From Kofleriaceae bacterium (GTDB lineage: Bacteria; Myxococcota_A; Polyangia; Haliangiales; Haliangiaceae): a stretch of 64,000 nucleotides of DNA. Positions 1 to 10,337 of this stretch are shown here, piece by piece. How positions within the stretch are numbered: the first letter of the stretch is position 1; each line of letters starts with the position of its first letter. Below the pieces are notes generated by a model, which worked only from the letters and a program-made list of their open reading frames with translations, was not told the origin of the DNA and did no database searches. The translations under genes and the position numbers were made by a program. The DNA is taken from positions 1 through 64,000 of the forward strand of contig CBDCCZ010000043.1 of assembly GCA_965215005.1 (NCBI GenBank). The letters are read 5' to 3'.

Positions 1-2
1 AT

Positions 3-593
3 GAGAAACGTTTGGACGCGTTGGCGACCTCCGGCTTGTTCGCCCCCGGCCGGTTGACCCTCGAGCAGTTGCGCTGTTACGCGGTGGCGCCTCCGCTGAC
101 GTGGGAACCGGGGCCAAACGCCGCGCCGGCATGCATGCTCGTCGTTGAGAACGCGCACACCTACGCGAGCTTTCGGCAGTGGAATCAACGCAGTAGCCAG
201 TACCGAGTCATCGCGTACGGCCAAGGCAACGCGTTTCGAGCGACGGTGGCGGACGTTGCCCGCATCGTCGCAGAGCACAGCGTCGAGCGCGTTGAATACT
301 TCGGCGATCTCGATCCCGCGGGCATTGCGATACCCACGCTAGCAGCGCCAACATTAAACAATCAGGGGCTCGTTTTTCGGCCTGCCACTCGTTGGTACCA
401 GCGACTGCTCGAGCGCGCCGAATCGCTGGCACTCAGCGGTCGCCGCCTCGACACGGCAATCGATCTATCTTGGCTGGGTGCCGAGCTCGCGCCACGAACG
501 CGCGCACTACTCCAGGCGGGCCACCGAGCGCCCCAGGAGCTAATCGGAACCGAAGAGCTGTCGCGCATCGACTGCGCTACCGCGTCGATGTAG
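3..593 (+). CDS. Wadjet JetD-like Toprim-domain protein (DUF2220 type), 5' end outside the window
   Basis: Frame is open from the left edge (EKRLDAL...). Toprim motifs VVEN, YGxGNAF and YFGDLDPAG, plus C-terminal PQE. Confidence 0.75.
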   Translation, partial: EKRLDALATSGLFAPGRLTLEQLRCYAVAPPLTWEPGPNAAPACMLVVENAHTYASFRQWNQRSSQYRVIAYGQGNAFRATVADVARIVAEHSVERVEYFGDLDPAGIAIPTLAAPTLNNQGLVFRPATRWYQRLLERAESLALSGRRLDTAIDLSWLGAELAPRTRALLQAGHRAPQELIGTEELSRIDCATASM

Positions 594-794
594 GTCGGCA
601 GCTCCGCGGGAAGGCTCGACACGCATATCTGTCGTGATGCGTCGCCCGGCGGCAGGTCGCGCCAACGCGGACGCGAGCGAGCGCTTTCTTGGCCTGCTAA
701 TCGTGGCGCGGGAAAAGACGCAGAGCGAAGCGCCGGCTCGTGCGTTGCGAGCTAGCATGCGTTCCGCTTCGCTTGCCCCACAGAGAGCCTGCTC

Positions 795-3700
795 ATGATG
801 ACCTCGTTACGATCTTGCCGATCTCGCCGCGCCAGCTTGGGCGTACTGTTCGCCGTGTGCACCGCGTCGCTGTCGTGCGGCGCGAAGAAAGGCGACACCT
901 CGATGACGTCCCGCACCCCCAACTCGCGTCCAGTCGTGGTTGCCGAGCCGGAACCTGGCCTCACGCTGCGCCTCAGCGATGGCGAGGCCGTCGTGGCCAC
1001 CGAGCAGGTTCCCTTGGCCGATGCCAAGCCACTCGGCGAGGCCGAGACCCGGGCGATGTTGGCGCGACTGCGGCCCATCGCAGTCGCCGCCGAGGATCGC
1101 CGCGACCACGTGCTCCGCGATGGACCCAAGCCACCGCCACGCGCCGGCGCAACCGTGGAGACGCCATTTCCACCGCCCGCCGCCCCCGCACTACCAGCCA
1201 CCGGAGCCGCCGAGCCGCTGGCCGTGGTGCGCATGGCGCCCCAAGGGCCGGTGCCCCTCGCGCCGCACGTGAGCGTCACGTTCTCGGCGCCCATGGTCGC
1301 TGTGACTGGTCAGAATCAAGCCGCCGCATCGGTGCCGGTGACCCTCACGCCCTCGCCGCCGGGAACGTGGCGCTGGCTCGGCACCCGCACTGTCATCTTT
1401 TCTGGCGATGGCCGCCTTCCGCAGGCAACGGAGTATCGCGTCGAGGTGCCTGCGACGACACGCGCGGCCAATGGTGCAGTAATCGGCACCGCCGCCCAAT
1501 GGACGTTCCGTACGCCGCCGCCCACCATCGAGGCGAGCTACCCCACGCATGGCCCGCAGCGCCGCGACACCAAGCTCCTGGTGCGCTTCGATCAACGCGT
1601 CGATCCAGCCGCCATTCTCGAGCACCTGCGCGTCACCGCTGACTCGCAGAGCTTCGCCGTCCGTGCGCTCACCGAAGCGGAGCGCGCCGCAGAACCGATC
1701 GCTTCGCGTCTTGCGCGAGCACGCGCGCAGGGGCACGAAGAACGCGTCGTGGCGTTTGCGACCACATCGCTGCTGCCCAAGGACGCCACGGTGAAGGTCA
1801 CGGTTGCCGCCGGCGCGCCCTCCGCCGAAGGACCGCTCGTGACCGAGAAGCCGCAGTCGTGGAGCTTTCGCACCTACCCACCGCTGCGGGTCGCCGAGGC
1901 GCGGTGCGGGTGGGGCAATCAATGCCCGCCGCTGTCGCCGTGGACGGTGCGCATGAACAACCCGCTCGCAGGCGACCTCGACCCCGCGACCATCGACGTG
2001 CGCCCCGCCCTGCCGGGCCTGCGCGTGGAGGTGCTCGGTGACACGATCATGCTGCAAGGTCGCTCGGCGGGCCGTACGACCTACACCGTGACGCTGCCGG
2101 CGTCGTTGCGCGATGAGTTCGAGCAGGAGCTGGGTCGCGCCACCGAGGTGACGTTTCGCGTCGGTGATGCGCAACCGAGCCTCAGTGGTCCTACGCAGCC
2201 GATGGTCGTCCTCGACCCAGCTGCCGAGCGCCCTTCGTTTGCGGTGTATTCGATCAATCACCCCAAGCTACGGGTTCGCTTGTATGGGGTCACTCCGGCG
2301 GATTGGCCGGCGTGGCAAGAGTACTTGCGCAGCCCGTACATCAAGGGAAAACGGCAAACGCCGCCGGGTAAACGAGTGGTGGACACGGTGGTCGAGCCGC
2401 GAGGGCCCCGCGATACCTTGCTCGAAACTGCGATTGATTTGCAGCCGGCGCTGCCGAGCGGCCACGGTCATGTCATCGCCGTAGTGGAGCCCAAAGACGC
2501 AGCTCGCGGAGACGCGCGGGTGCAGGCGTGGGTGCAAGCAACCGCCATCGGGCTCGATGCCTTCGTCGACGATGGCGAGCTGATTGGCTGGGCCAGCCGA
2601 CTCAGCGACGGCGCTTCGCTTCCCGGCGTGCAGCTCGAAATCCAGCCTTACGGAGCCACCGCTGTTACCGCGGCTGATGGCACCGCCCGCATCACGCTTC
2701 CTGATCGAGGCCAGAAATCCGGCTCCGGCGTCTTGCTGGCGAGGCAGGGCGATGACGTCGCCATGCTGCCCGAAGACATCCACCCGTGGAATCAAGAGGG
2801 CAGCTGGTACCGCAATCGGCCTGCCACGACGCTGCAGTGGCTGGTGTGGGACGACCGACAGATGTATCGCCCCGGCGAGCACGTGCACCTGAAGGGGTGG
2901 CTGCGCCGGATCGACTGGGGGGAAGGCGGCGACTTGCAGCCACTTGATGACGCCGTCTCCGCGGTTGCTTATCAGGCGTACGACCCGCTGGGCAACGAGC
3001 TCGCCAGCGGCCGAATTGACGTGAGTGCCGCGGGCGGTTTCGACCTCGAGCTGGAGCTGCCCAAGACCCCCAATCTCGGCTACGCCCGCGTCGAGCTGCG
3101 TCCCGTGGGCGCCAAGGAAGAAAGCTACAGCCACTCGTTCCAAATTCAGGAGTTTCGCCGGCCCGAGTTCGAGGTCGTCGCCACGGCCAGCCAGGGACCG
3201 CACCTCGTCGGCCAAACCGCCGAGCTGACGGCAACTGCCAGCTACTACGCCGGCGGCGGTCTCTCGGGTGCTGCCGTGCGTTGGACTGTCACCGCCAGCC
3301 CAACCTCGTTCTCGCCGCCGGGCCACGATGACTTTCAGTTCGGCGTCTGGGTGCCGTGGTGGGGGTTTGGCCGCGGAATGCCGAGTGAGGACCAAAGTCG
3401 CCGTTATCGCCACGAAGCCCGGACCGATGCCAACGGTGAGCACGTCTTGGCCATGGAGTTGGTAGCGGCAAATCCTCCGCAGCCAATGTCGGTGGTGGCC
3501 GAAGCGGTGATTACCGATGTCAATCGGCAAGCGCAGGCCGCGCGAACCACCATGCTTGTTCATCCTGCCGCACATTACGTGGGCCTGCGGACCTCGAAGC
3601 TGTTCGTCGACGAGGGCTCCGAGATGGTCATCGAGGCGATCGCCGTGGACCACGAGGGCATGCTCCTCACCGGGCGGACCATCGAGATGCGCGCGGTGCG

Positions 3701-6700
3701 ACTCGACTGGGGTCTAGAGAATGGCGAGTGGAGCGAGCGCGAGCGGGACGAGCAACAGTGCACCATCACCAGCCGCGCAACCCCAGATATCTGCCGATTC
3801 AAGCCTGCAGAGGGCGGCCAGCACCGGATCAGCGCTCGAATCCGCGACGAAAAGGGCCGCGTGAGCGAGAGTCAGCTCACGGTGTGGGTTGCGGGCGGCA
3901 AGTCGCCGCCGGCGCGCGGCGTCGAGATGGAAACCGTGGAGCTAATTCCCGATGCCAAGGAATACGCGCCGGGTGCGACCGCGAAGATTCTCATCCAGGC
4001 GCCCTTCGTGCCGGCGGAAGCGCTGCTTACCGTCCGCCGCTCGGGCATCGTGAGCACCCGTCGCTTCGCGATGACGAAGCCTTCGATGACGGTGGAGGTC
4101 CCCATCACTGCCGCTTACGTTCCCAACGTGTTCGTGCAACTCGACCTCATCGGCGCCGCCGCGCGCACCGATGAGCAGGGTCGCCCGCAGCAACTGCCCA
4201 AGCGTCCCGCCTACGCCTCTGGACAGCTCGAGCTCGCAGTGCCCCCCACCGACCGACGTCTCGAGGTGCGCGTCGACCCAGCGGCCAGAAAACTGGCTCC
4301 GGGCGCCAAGACCGAGCTCGGGCTCGAGGTGCTCGATGCTCGCGGTCGGCCGGTCGGCGATGCCGAAATCGCGGTGGTGGTGGTCGACGAAGCAGTGCTT
4401 GCCCTCACCGGCTACCAATATCCCGACCCGCTCGCCGCGTTCCATCCGCAACGCGGGCCAGGCGCACGCGATCATCACCTTCGAGCGGCGGTGACTCTGG
4501 CGCAGCCGCCAAGCGAGCTGCAAGCCGAGGTCGAAGAAGCCGCCATGGGCGCCGACATGATGGCCGCGGCTCCCGCGGCTCCACCGATGGCACGCATGGC
4601 AGCAAAGTCATCGGCGGGCGGCGCAGCGCCAACGCCCATTGCGGTGCGCGAAAACTTTGATGCGCTGGCGTATTTCGCGCCGGCCATTCGTACCAACGCC
4701 GCCGGTCGGGCCCGCGTCACCATCACCATGCCCGATAATCTCACTCGCTACCGCGTGGTTGCGATGAGCGCCACCGCCGGTCGCCAATTCGGCAAAGGCG
4801 AGTCGAGCATCACGGCGCGCCTGCCCTTGATGGTGCGGCCCTCGCCGCCGCGATTCCTCAACTATGGAGACCGCTTTTCGTTGCCCGTGGTGCTGCAGAA
4901 CCAGACCGATGCGCCCATGGAAGTTCGCGTCGCAGCTCGCGCCGCCAATGCCATGCTAGCGGCTAGCAGCGGCCGAATCCTCACCATTCCCGCAAATGAT
5001 CGCCGCGAGGTGCGGTTTGCCGCCACCACCGAGCAAGCGGGAATCGCGCGGTTTCAGATCGCCGCCGCTGCCGGCGGTGTAAGCGATGCCGCCGAGGTCG
5101 CGCTGCCGGTCTACACGCCGGCTACGACCGAGGCATTTGCCACCTATGGCGAGCTCGAGCGCGGCGCTCTTCGCCAACCCGTTGCGGCGCCCGGTGACGC
5201 TATCGCCAACTTTGGCGGCCTCGAAATCACCACTTCCTCGACGCAGCTACAGGCTCTCACCGACGCTCTCGTGTACCTCGTCGAGTATCCCTACGACTGC
5301 ACCGAGCAGGTCGCTTCGCGCATCTTGGCGGTCGCGGCGCTGCGCCAGGTGCTCGCTGAGTTCACCGCCAAAGATCTACCGCCGCCCGAGGAAATCGAGG
5401 CCGCCGTGGGCCGCGACCTCGAGCGGCTCGCGACCCTGCAGCAGCCCGACGGCGGATTTGGCTTTTGGCCGGGAAGCCAACGTTCGTGGCCGTACGTAAG
5501 CGTGCACGCCGCGCACGCGCTGCTCGCCGCAAAGCGAGAAGGCTACGCCGTGTCTGCCGAGGCACTCGAGCGCAGTCGCAGGTATCTCACCAACATCGAG
5601 AAGCACTTCTCCGCCGAGATGCATCCTTCCGTGCGTCATAGCATCCTGGCCTACGCCCTCGCGACGCGCCGCCGCATGGGCAAAGGCGACCCGCAACGCG
5701 CCAAGCGACTGCTCGAGGAAGTCGGCGTCGATAAGCTACCGCTCGAAGCGTTGGGCTGGATTTTGAGCTCGCTGCAAGGCGAGTCGAGCGCGCGGGCCGA
5801 GCGCGCCGCGATCCTGCGGCAGCTGGGAAATCGCGTGAGCGAAACCGCCGCCGCCGCCCACTGGACCACCTCGTATAGCGACGACGCGCACCTGCTGTTG
5901 CACTCGAACCGGCGCACCGATGCCATCATCCTCGATGCGTTGATTGCCGAAGCGCCCAAGAGCGACCTCATCGCCAAGGTCGTCCGCGGGCTACTCGCCC
6001 ACCGCACCCGCGGACGCTGGGAAAACACCCAGGAGAACGCGTTCGTGCTGCTCGCGCTGCGACGCTACTTCGACGTCTACGAAGGCGTCACTCCGAATTT
6101 CGTGGCGCGCCTGTGGCTCGGTGAGCGCTTCGCGGGCGAGCATCGCTTCACGGGGCGCACCACCGACCGCCAGCACGTAACCATCCCCATGGCGACTGTC
6201 GCGGCTGCCGGCAAAGCACCAGTGACTATCGATAAGTCGGGCGCCGGTCGTCTCTACTATCGCATCGGCATGAGCTACGCACCGCGCGACTTGCGACTCG
6301 AGGCAGCGGACTATGGCTTCGCCGTGGAGCGCCGTTATGAGCCCCTCGACGCGCCCAGTGATGTTCAACGCGACACCGACGGCAGCTGGCGCATCCGCGC
6401 TGGCGCGCGCGTGCGGGTCCGCGTGAACATGGTCGCGCCGTCGCGGCGGTATCACGTGGCGCTGGTCGATCCGCTGCCGGCGGGGCTCGAGGTTTTGAAC
6501 CCCGCGCTCGCGGTGACGGAGGAGCTCCCAGCCGATCCGGCCGCGCGCAACGGCTATTGGTGGTGGTGGCGGCCGTGGTATGAGCACCAAAACGTGCGCG
6601 ATGAGCGCGTCGAGGCGTTTACTTCGCTGCTGGCCGCCGGCGTCTACGAGTACAGTTACGTGGCTCGAGCCACCACTCCAGGGCAGTTCGTGGTGCCGCC

Positions 6701-6809
6701 CGCGAAGGCCGAAGAGATGTACGCGCCGGAGACATTCGGGCGCTCGGCTAGCGACCGCGTCGTCGTAGCCGCCGAAGGCGCCGCGGCACCCGCACAGATC
6801 GCCAAGTGA
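795..6809 (+). CDS. Bacterial alpha-2-macroglobulin family lipoprotein
   Basis: 2004 aa. Lipobox-like SLSC, N-terminal Ig-like repeats, DDRQMYRPGE (MG2), MPDNLTRYRV, thioester motif YPYDCTEQ, DPLPAGLE and PAKAEEMY. Confidence 0.93.
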   Translation: MMTSLRSCRSRRASLGVLFAVCTASLSCGAKKGDTSMTSRTPNSRPVVVAEPEPGLTLRLSDGEAVVATEQVPLADAKPLGEAETRAMLARLRPIAVAAEDRRDHVLRDGPKPPPRAGATVETPFPPPAAPALPATGAAEPLAVVRMAPQGPVPLAPHVSVTFSAPMVAVTGQNQAAASVPVTLTPSPPGTWRWLGTRTVIFSGDGRLPQATEYRVEVPATTRAANGAVIGTAAQWTFRTPPPTIEASYPTHGPQRRDTKLLVRFDQRVDPAAILEHLRVTADSQSFAVRALTEAERAAEPIASRLARARAQGHEERVVAFATTSLLPKDATVKVTVAAGAPSAEGPLVTEKPQSWSFRTYPPLRVAEARCGWGNQCPPLSPWTVRMNNPLAGDLDPATIDVRPALPGLRVEVLGDTIMLQGRSAGRTTYTVTLPASLRDEFEQELGRATEVTFRVGDAQPSLSGPTQPMVVLDPAAERPSFAVYSINHPKLRVRLYGVTPADWPAWQEYLRSPYIKGKRQTPPGKRVVDTVVEPRGPRDTLLETAIDLQPALPSGHGHVIAVVEPKDAARGDARVQAWVQATAIGLDAFVDDGELIGWASRLSDGASLPGVQLEIQPYGATAVTAADGTARITLPDRGQKSGSGVLLARQGDDVAMLPEDIHPWNQEGSWYRNRPATTLQWLVWDDRQMYRPGEHVHLKGWLRRIDWGEGGDLQPLDDAVSAVAYQAYDPLGNELASGRIDVSAAGGFDLELELPKTPNLGYARVELRPVGAKEESYSHSFQIQEFRRPEFEVVATASQGPHLVGQTAELTATASYYAGGGLSGAAVRWTVTASPTSFSPPGHDDFQFGVWVPWWGFGRGMPSEDQSRRYRHEARTDANGEHVLAMELVAANPPQPMSVVAEAVITDVNRQAQAARTTMLVHPAAHYVGLRTSKLFVDEGSEMVIEAIAVDHEGMLLTGRTIEMRAVRLDWGLENGEWSERERDEQQCTITSRATPDICRFKPAEGGQHRISARIRDEKGRVSESQLTVWVAGGKSPPARGVEMETVELIPDAKEYAPGATAKILIQAPFVPAEALLTVRRSGIVSTRRFAMTKPSMTVEVPITAAYVPNVFVQLDLIGAAARTDEQGRPQQLPKRPAYASGQLELAVPPTDRRLEVRVDPAARKLAPGAKTELGLEVLDARGRPVGDAEIAVVVVDEAVLALTGYQYPDPLAAFHPQRGPGARDHHLRAAVTLAQPPSELQAEVEEAAMGADMMAAAPAAPPMARMAAKSSAGGAAPTPIAVRENFDALAYFAPAIRTNAAGRARVTITMPDNLTRYRVVAMSATAGRQFGKGESSITARLPLMVRPSPPRFLNYGDRFSLPVVLQNQTDAPMEVRVAARAANAMLAASSGRILTIPANDRREVRFAATTEQAGIARFQIAAAAGGVSDAAEVALPVYTPATTEAFATYGELERGALRQPVAAPGDAIANFGGLEITTSSTQLQALTDALVYLVEYPYDCTEQVASRILAVAALRQVLAEFTAKDLPPPEEIEAAVGRDLERLATLQQPDGGFGFWPGSQRSWPYVSVHAAHALLAAKREGYAVSAEALERSRRYLTNIEKHFSAEMHPSVRHSILAYALATRRRMGKGDPQRAKRLLEEVGVDKLPLEALGWILSSLQGESSARAERAAILRQLGNRVSETAAAAHWTTSYSDDAHLLLHSNRRTDAIILDALIAEAPKSDLIAKVVRGLLAHRTRGRWENTQENAFVLLALRRYFDVYEGVTPNFVARLWLGERFAGEHRFTGRTTDRQHVTIPMATVAAAGKAPVTIDKSGAGRLYYRIGMSYAPRDLRLEAADYGFAVERRYEPLDAPSDVQRDTDGSWRIRAGARVRVRVNMVAPSRRYHVALVDPLPAGLEVLNPALAVTEELPADPAARNGYWWWWRPWYEHQNVRDERVEAFTSLLAAGVYEYSYVARATTPGQFVVPPAKAEEMYAPETFGRSASDRVVVAAEGAAAPAQIAK

Positions 6810-6934
6810 GCCAGCGGCCGCCAGCGCAGCGAGCCGGGCCCCCGTTACCCCGGGTTAGAACAAACCAGTGACGGGGGCTCGCTCCGAAGAGACGCCTGCA
6901 TACAATGGCGCCTCTTTTAGGAAGGGCTCGCTTC

Positions 6935-8908
6935 ATGAGTAATCCCAACGACCAACCCGGCCTCGGTCCCGTTCCCGGCCAGACCGCCGCCAAGATCGCC
7001 GCGGCCGCACCGCCCGCCCACCAGCCGTACATTCCCGACTCGACCGTGCTTCCGGAGATCACGGTAGGCACCGTGGCGCTGTCGATCGTGTTGTCGGTTA
7101 TTCTCGGCGCCGCGAATGCCTATTTGGGCATGTTCGCGGGCATGACGGTGTCCGCCTCGATTCCGGCGGCAGTGTTGTCGATGGCGATCTTGTCGGCGTT
7201 CGGCGGCAACATCCTGCAGAACAATAGCGTTCAGACCGCGGCATCCGCTGGCGAAAGTCTCGCTGCCGGCGTCATCTTCACGCTGCCGGCGCTGATCATC
7301 ATGGGCCGGTGGGCCAACTTCCACTACCTCGAGACCACGCTGATCGCTGGGTTTGGCGGCCTTCTTGGAGTGCTGTTCACCATTCCGCTGCGTCGTGCGC
7401 TCATCGTCGAGCAGCCGCTGCAGTTTCCCGAAGGCGTTGCGACCGCCGAGGTGCTCAAGAGCGGCGACAGCGGCGGTGGCGGCGTTAAAGCCATCGCCGT
7501 GGCTGGACTCATTGGCGCGCTGTTCAAGCTGCTAGTCACCGGCGTCAAGCTCAGTAAAGAAAGTGCCGTCGCTGCGGCCAACGCAGGCGGCTCGATCTTT
7601 TACATCGGCTCGAGTCTATCGCCCGCGCTGATAGGCGTTGGCTTCATCGTGCGGCTCAACATCGCCGCGCTCATCTTCCTGGGCGGCGCCATCAACTGGT
7701 TGGTCGCCATTCCGCTCTATTCGGCGATCGCCGGCGCCCCCGAGGGCTCGGCAGAAGAGGCTGCGTTTGCCATCTGGAGCAGCGACACGCGGTATCTCGG
7801 GGTCGGCGCCATGTTGGTCGGTGGGCTGTGGGCGCTCATTCGGCTGCGCAAGCCGCTCATCACCGGCATCCGCGGCGGCCTGCAGGCCTATAGCGGCAAC
7901 AAGGCATCTAGCGCCGCGCTGCCGCGCAGCGAACAAGATACTTCTATGAAGCTCGTCATCGGGCTTGCCGCCGCCTCACTGGTGCCGCTGTTCTTCTTGT
8001 TCGAACACTTCACCCACGATATCGGCATCGCCGCGTTCATGGCGGTGTTCATGCTCATCGCCGGCTTTCTATTCTCGGCGGTGGCCGCCTATATGGCCGG
8101 GCTGGTGGGCTCGTCCAACAACCCCATTTCCGGCATTACCATCGCCACCATTCTTACTTCCGCGCTGCTGCTGCTAGCCATGCGCGTCGACAGTGAGGTG
8201 GGCCCTGTCGCCGCCATCCTAATCGGTGGCGTGGTGTGCTGCGCCGCCGCTCTTGGTGGCGACAACATGCAAGATCTCAAAGCGGGCCACATCATCGGCT
8301 CGACGCCGAAGAAGCTGCAAATCATGCAAGTGATTGGTGTGCTGGCAGCGGCGTTCACGCTGGGGCCGGTGCTCAATGTCATGCACAGCTCCTACGAGAT
8401 CGGCAGCGTCGATTTGCCGGCGCCGCAGGCGGGGCTCATGGCTGCCGTCGCACGAGGCGTGTTTCACGGCGGCTTGCCGTGGGGCATCGTCGCCATTGGC
8501 GCTGCGATCGCGGTGGCGGTCATCATTCTCGACGTCGCGCTCGAGGCTCGCGGCGCCCGTTTCCGCACGCCGGTGTTGGCGCTAGCGGTGGGCATCTACC
8601 TGCCCTTCGAGCTCTCGGTGCCGATCTTCCTCGGCGGCTTACTCGCCTATCTCGTCGACCGCCACAACGCGCGCTTCGATGAAGACACCCGCACCCTCCG
8701 TGATCGCAACGGACTCTTGTTCGCAGCGGGTCTCATCACCGGAGAAGCACTGCTCGGCATCGCCATCGCCGTTCCCATCGCCGCCACTCACGACTCGGAT
8801 GTGCTCGCGCTGTTTGGCGTTCACAACGGCAGCCCACTACCCGGTATGGTCGTGCTAGCCGCGGTGATGTACCTCATCTATCGCTCGGGAACCCGCTCGT
8901 CGCAGTGA
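6935..8908 (+). CDS. OPT family oligopeptide transporter
   Basis: Motifs AANAYLGMFAGMTVSASIPAA, FPEG, GSSNNPISG and DNMQDLKAG; many TM helices. ATG at 6935 follows GGAAGG (ORF track starts at 6905). Confidence 0.92.
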   Translation: MSNPNDQPGLGPVPGQTAAKIAAAAPPAHQPYIPDSTVLPEITVGTVALSIVLSVILGAANAYLGMFAGMTVSASIPAAVLSMAILSAFGGNILQNNSVQTAASAGESLAAGVIFTLPALIIMGRWANFHYLETTLIAGFGGLLGVLFTIPLRRALIVEQPLQFPEGVATAEVLKSGDSGGGGVKAIAVAGLIGALFKLLVTGVKLSKESAVAAANAGGSIFYIGSSLSPALIGVGFIVRLNIAALIFLGGAINWLVAIPLYSAIAGAPEGSAEEAAFAIWSSDTRYLGVGAMLVGGLWALIRLRKPLITGIRGGLQAYSGNKASSAALPRSEQDTSMKLVIGLAAASLVPLFFLFEHFTHDIGIAAFMAVFMLIAGFLFSAVAAYMAGLVGSSNNPISGITIATILTSALLLLAMRVDSEVGPVAAILIGGVVCCAAALGGDNMQDLKAGHIIGSTPKKLQIMQVIGVLAAAFTLGPVLNVMHSSYEIGSVDLPAPQAGLMAAVARGVFHGGLPWGIVAIGAAIAVAVIILDVALEARGARFRTPVLALAVGIYLPFELSVPIFLGGLLAYLVDRHNARFDEDTRTLRDRNGLLFAAGLITGEALLGIAIAVPIAATHDSDVLALFGVHNGSPLPGMVVLAAVMYLIYRSGTRSSQ

Positions 8909-8916
8909 CCGTGGCA

Positions 8917-8945
8917 GCCGGAACGCGCATGGCTCGCGTTCCGGC
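8917..8945. terminator. Hairpin between convergent genes (probable bidirectional terminator)
   Basis: GCCGGAACGCG-catggct-CGCGTTCCGGC, a perfect 11-bp stem with no U-tract. Confidence 0.55.
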
Positions 8946-8964
8946 GCCTCCTACGCGGGCAGTC

Positions 8965-10179
8965 TCAATCGATGATGACGCCGCAGGGAAACTCAGCGCT
9001 CACGGTCACGTCGTTCTCGTTTAGCAGCGTGTCGCACGCCGCTCCTAACAGCCGCAGCGTCATGGAATCCACGACCTCCCAGTCGGTTCCGTACTCGAGG
9101 GTGGTGCCGTTGATGGTCACCGTGCCCTCACCGGCGCGTCCTGCGGAGACTGTGCCGTCGATCGCGAGCTCGCAGCTGCGCGTCCCACGGATGATGGTGT
9201 CGAACGCGTTGATCAGCGCCTGGCGGTCGTTTGCGGGATAAAAAGGCGCCTGCGGGCCTCCCGCGGCCTGTCCCACTCCAGCGTTGGCCATTTCCTGCAG
9301 GTGCTCCTCGGCGATGGCGTTGCCGACGCTGAGAATGAAAAGGTCGATGCCGGCATCGTGCGCAGCCTTGGCGCCGTTGACCGCTTCCTCGCGAGCCTGA
9401 CGCCGTTCCATGTCGTTGTTCGGGTTGCGGTGTTCACAGCTATCCGGCTCGCCGTCGGTGGCCAGCACGATGATCGCCGGCGATTCAGCCGGCGGCGGAT
9501 CGGCGGCGATGTTGGCCAGCAGCGCGACAATCGAGTCGCCGGTGGGGGTGTCGGCGTCGGCGTCGGGAACGTTGTCTTGCAGCAGCATCTTGATCGGAGC
9601 GGCATTGGTGAGCGCCGGCGCCACCGCAGTAAGATCCGGGCACGTGCCGGCGTTGTCGTTGGTGTAAAGCGAGGCCCCAAACACCACCTTCGACTCGAGC
9701 GCATCCACCGCACCGCCGGGATCCGTGAGCGCCGTGCGCACGGCGGTCCAGCGGTCGACGGCGCCTGGGAACGGTTGGTTCATGCTGCCGCTATGATCGA
9801 TCAGCAGATACACCGTGGGCACGACCGGCGACAGCTCTGCCGTGACGCGCGGGCAGTCGCCGCCAACACCACTGCCGCCATCGACGTTCGAGCCGCCGGC
9901 TCCGCCATCGACGTCGGAGCCCATTCCGCCTTCACATTGACCGCGCGCGGTGCAGGTTTGGCCATCGCCGCAGCCGATTGCGTTCGAGCACTCCGCAGTG
10001 CAAGTTTGGTCAGCGCCGCAGTAGAGCCCCGTTGCGCAGTCGCGATTGTCGACGCATACCGCGCCGCAGTCCGCAGGCGCATCCGCCGCTTCGCAGGGTT
10101 TGGCGCCAATGTCGCTGCTCCCACAGCCCATCGCCAGTGCAATCAAAAGACATCCAAAGCCAACTGACACTACACGCAT
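8965..10179 (-). CDS. Cys-rich von Willebrand factor A domain lipoprotein
   Basis: Lipobox-like AMGC, N-terminal Cys-rich repeats, MIDAS elements DHSGS, TPT and TDG. Confidence 0.85.
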   Translation of the reverse strand: MRVVSVGFGCLLIALAMGCGSSDIGAKPCEAADAPADCGAVCVDNRDCATGLYCGADQTCTAECSNAIGCGDGQTCTARGQCEGGMGSDVDGGAGGSNVDGGSGVGGDCPRVTAELSPVVPTVYLLIDHSGSMNQPFPGAVDRWTAVRTALTDPGGAVDALESKVVFGASLYTNDNAGTCPDLTAVAPALTNAAPIKMLLQDNVPDADADTPTGDSIVALLANIAADPPPAESPAIIVLATDGEPDSCEHRNPNNDMERRQAREEAVNGAKAAHDAGIDLFILSVGNAIAEEHLQEMANAGVGQAAGGPQAPFYPANDRQALINAFDTIIRGTRSCELAIDGTVSAGRAGEGTVTINGTTLEYGTDWEVVDSMTLRLLGAACDTLLNENDVTVSAEFPCGVIID

Positions 10180-10337
10180 GAACGTCCCCTAGTGAGCGAA
10201 CCATTGATGGAAGAGGCGTCGGTTTCGCCCCGGAAGCAATGCTAGCAACGCGCATGGCGCGCCAGCAAAGTGAGCTTTTGCCCACGGCATCAGCTTGAGA
10301 CTCACATGCAGGGACGGCTAAGCTGCTCGCAACAGGT

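Noticed and set aside
2268..3653. 461-aa minus-strand ORF (and 1191-2261)
   Set aside because: Antisense to the alpha-2-macroglobulin gene; shadow ORFs.
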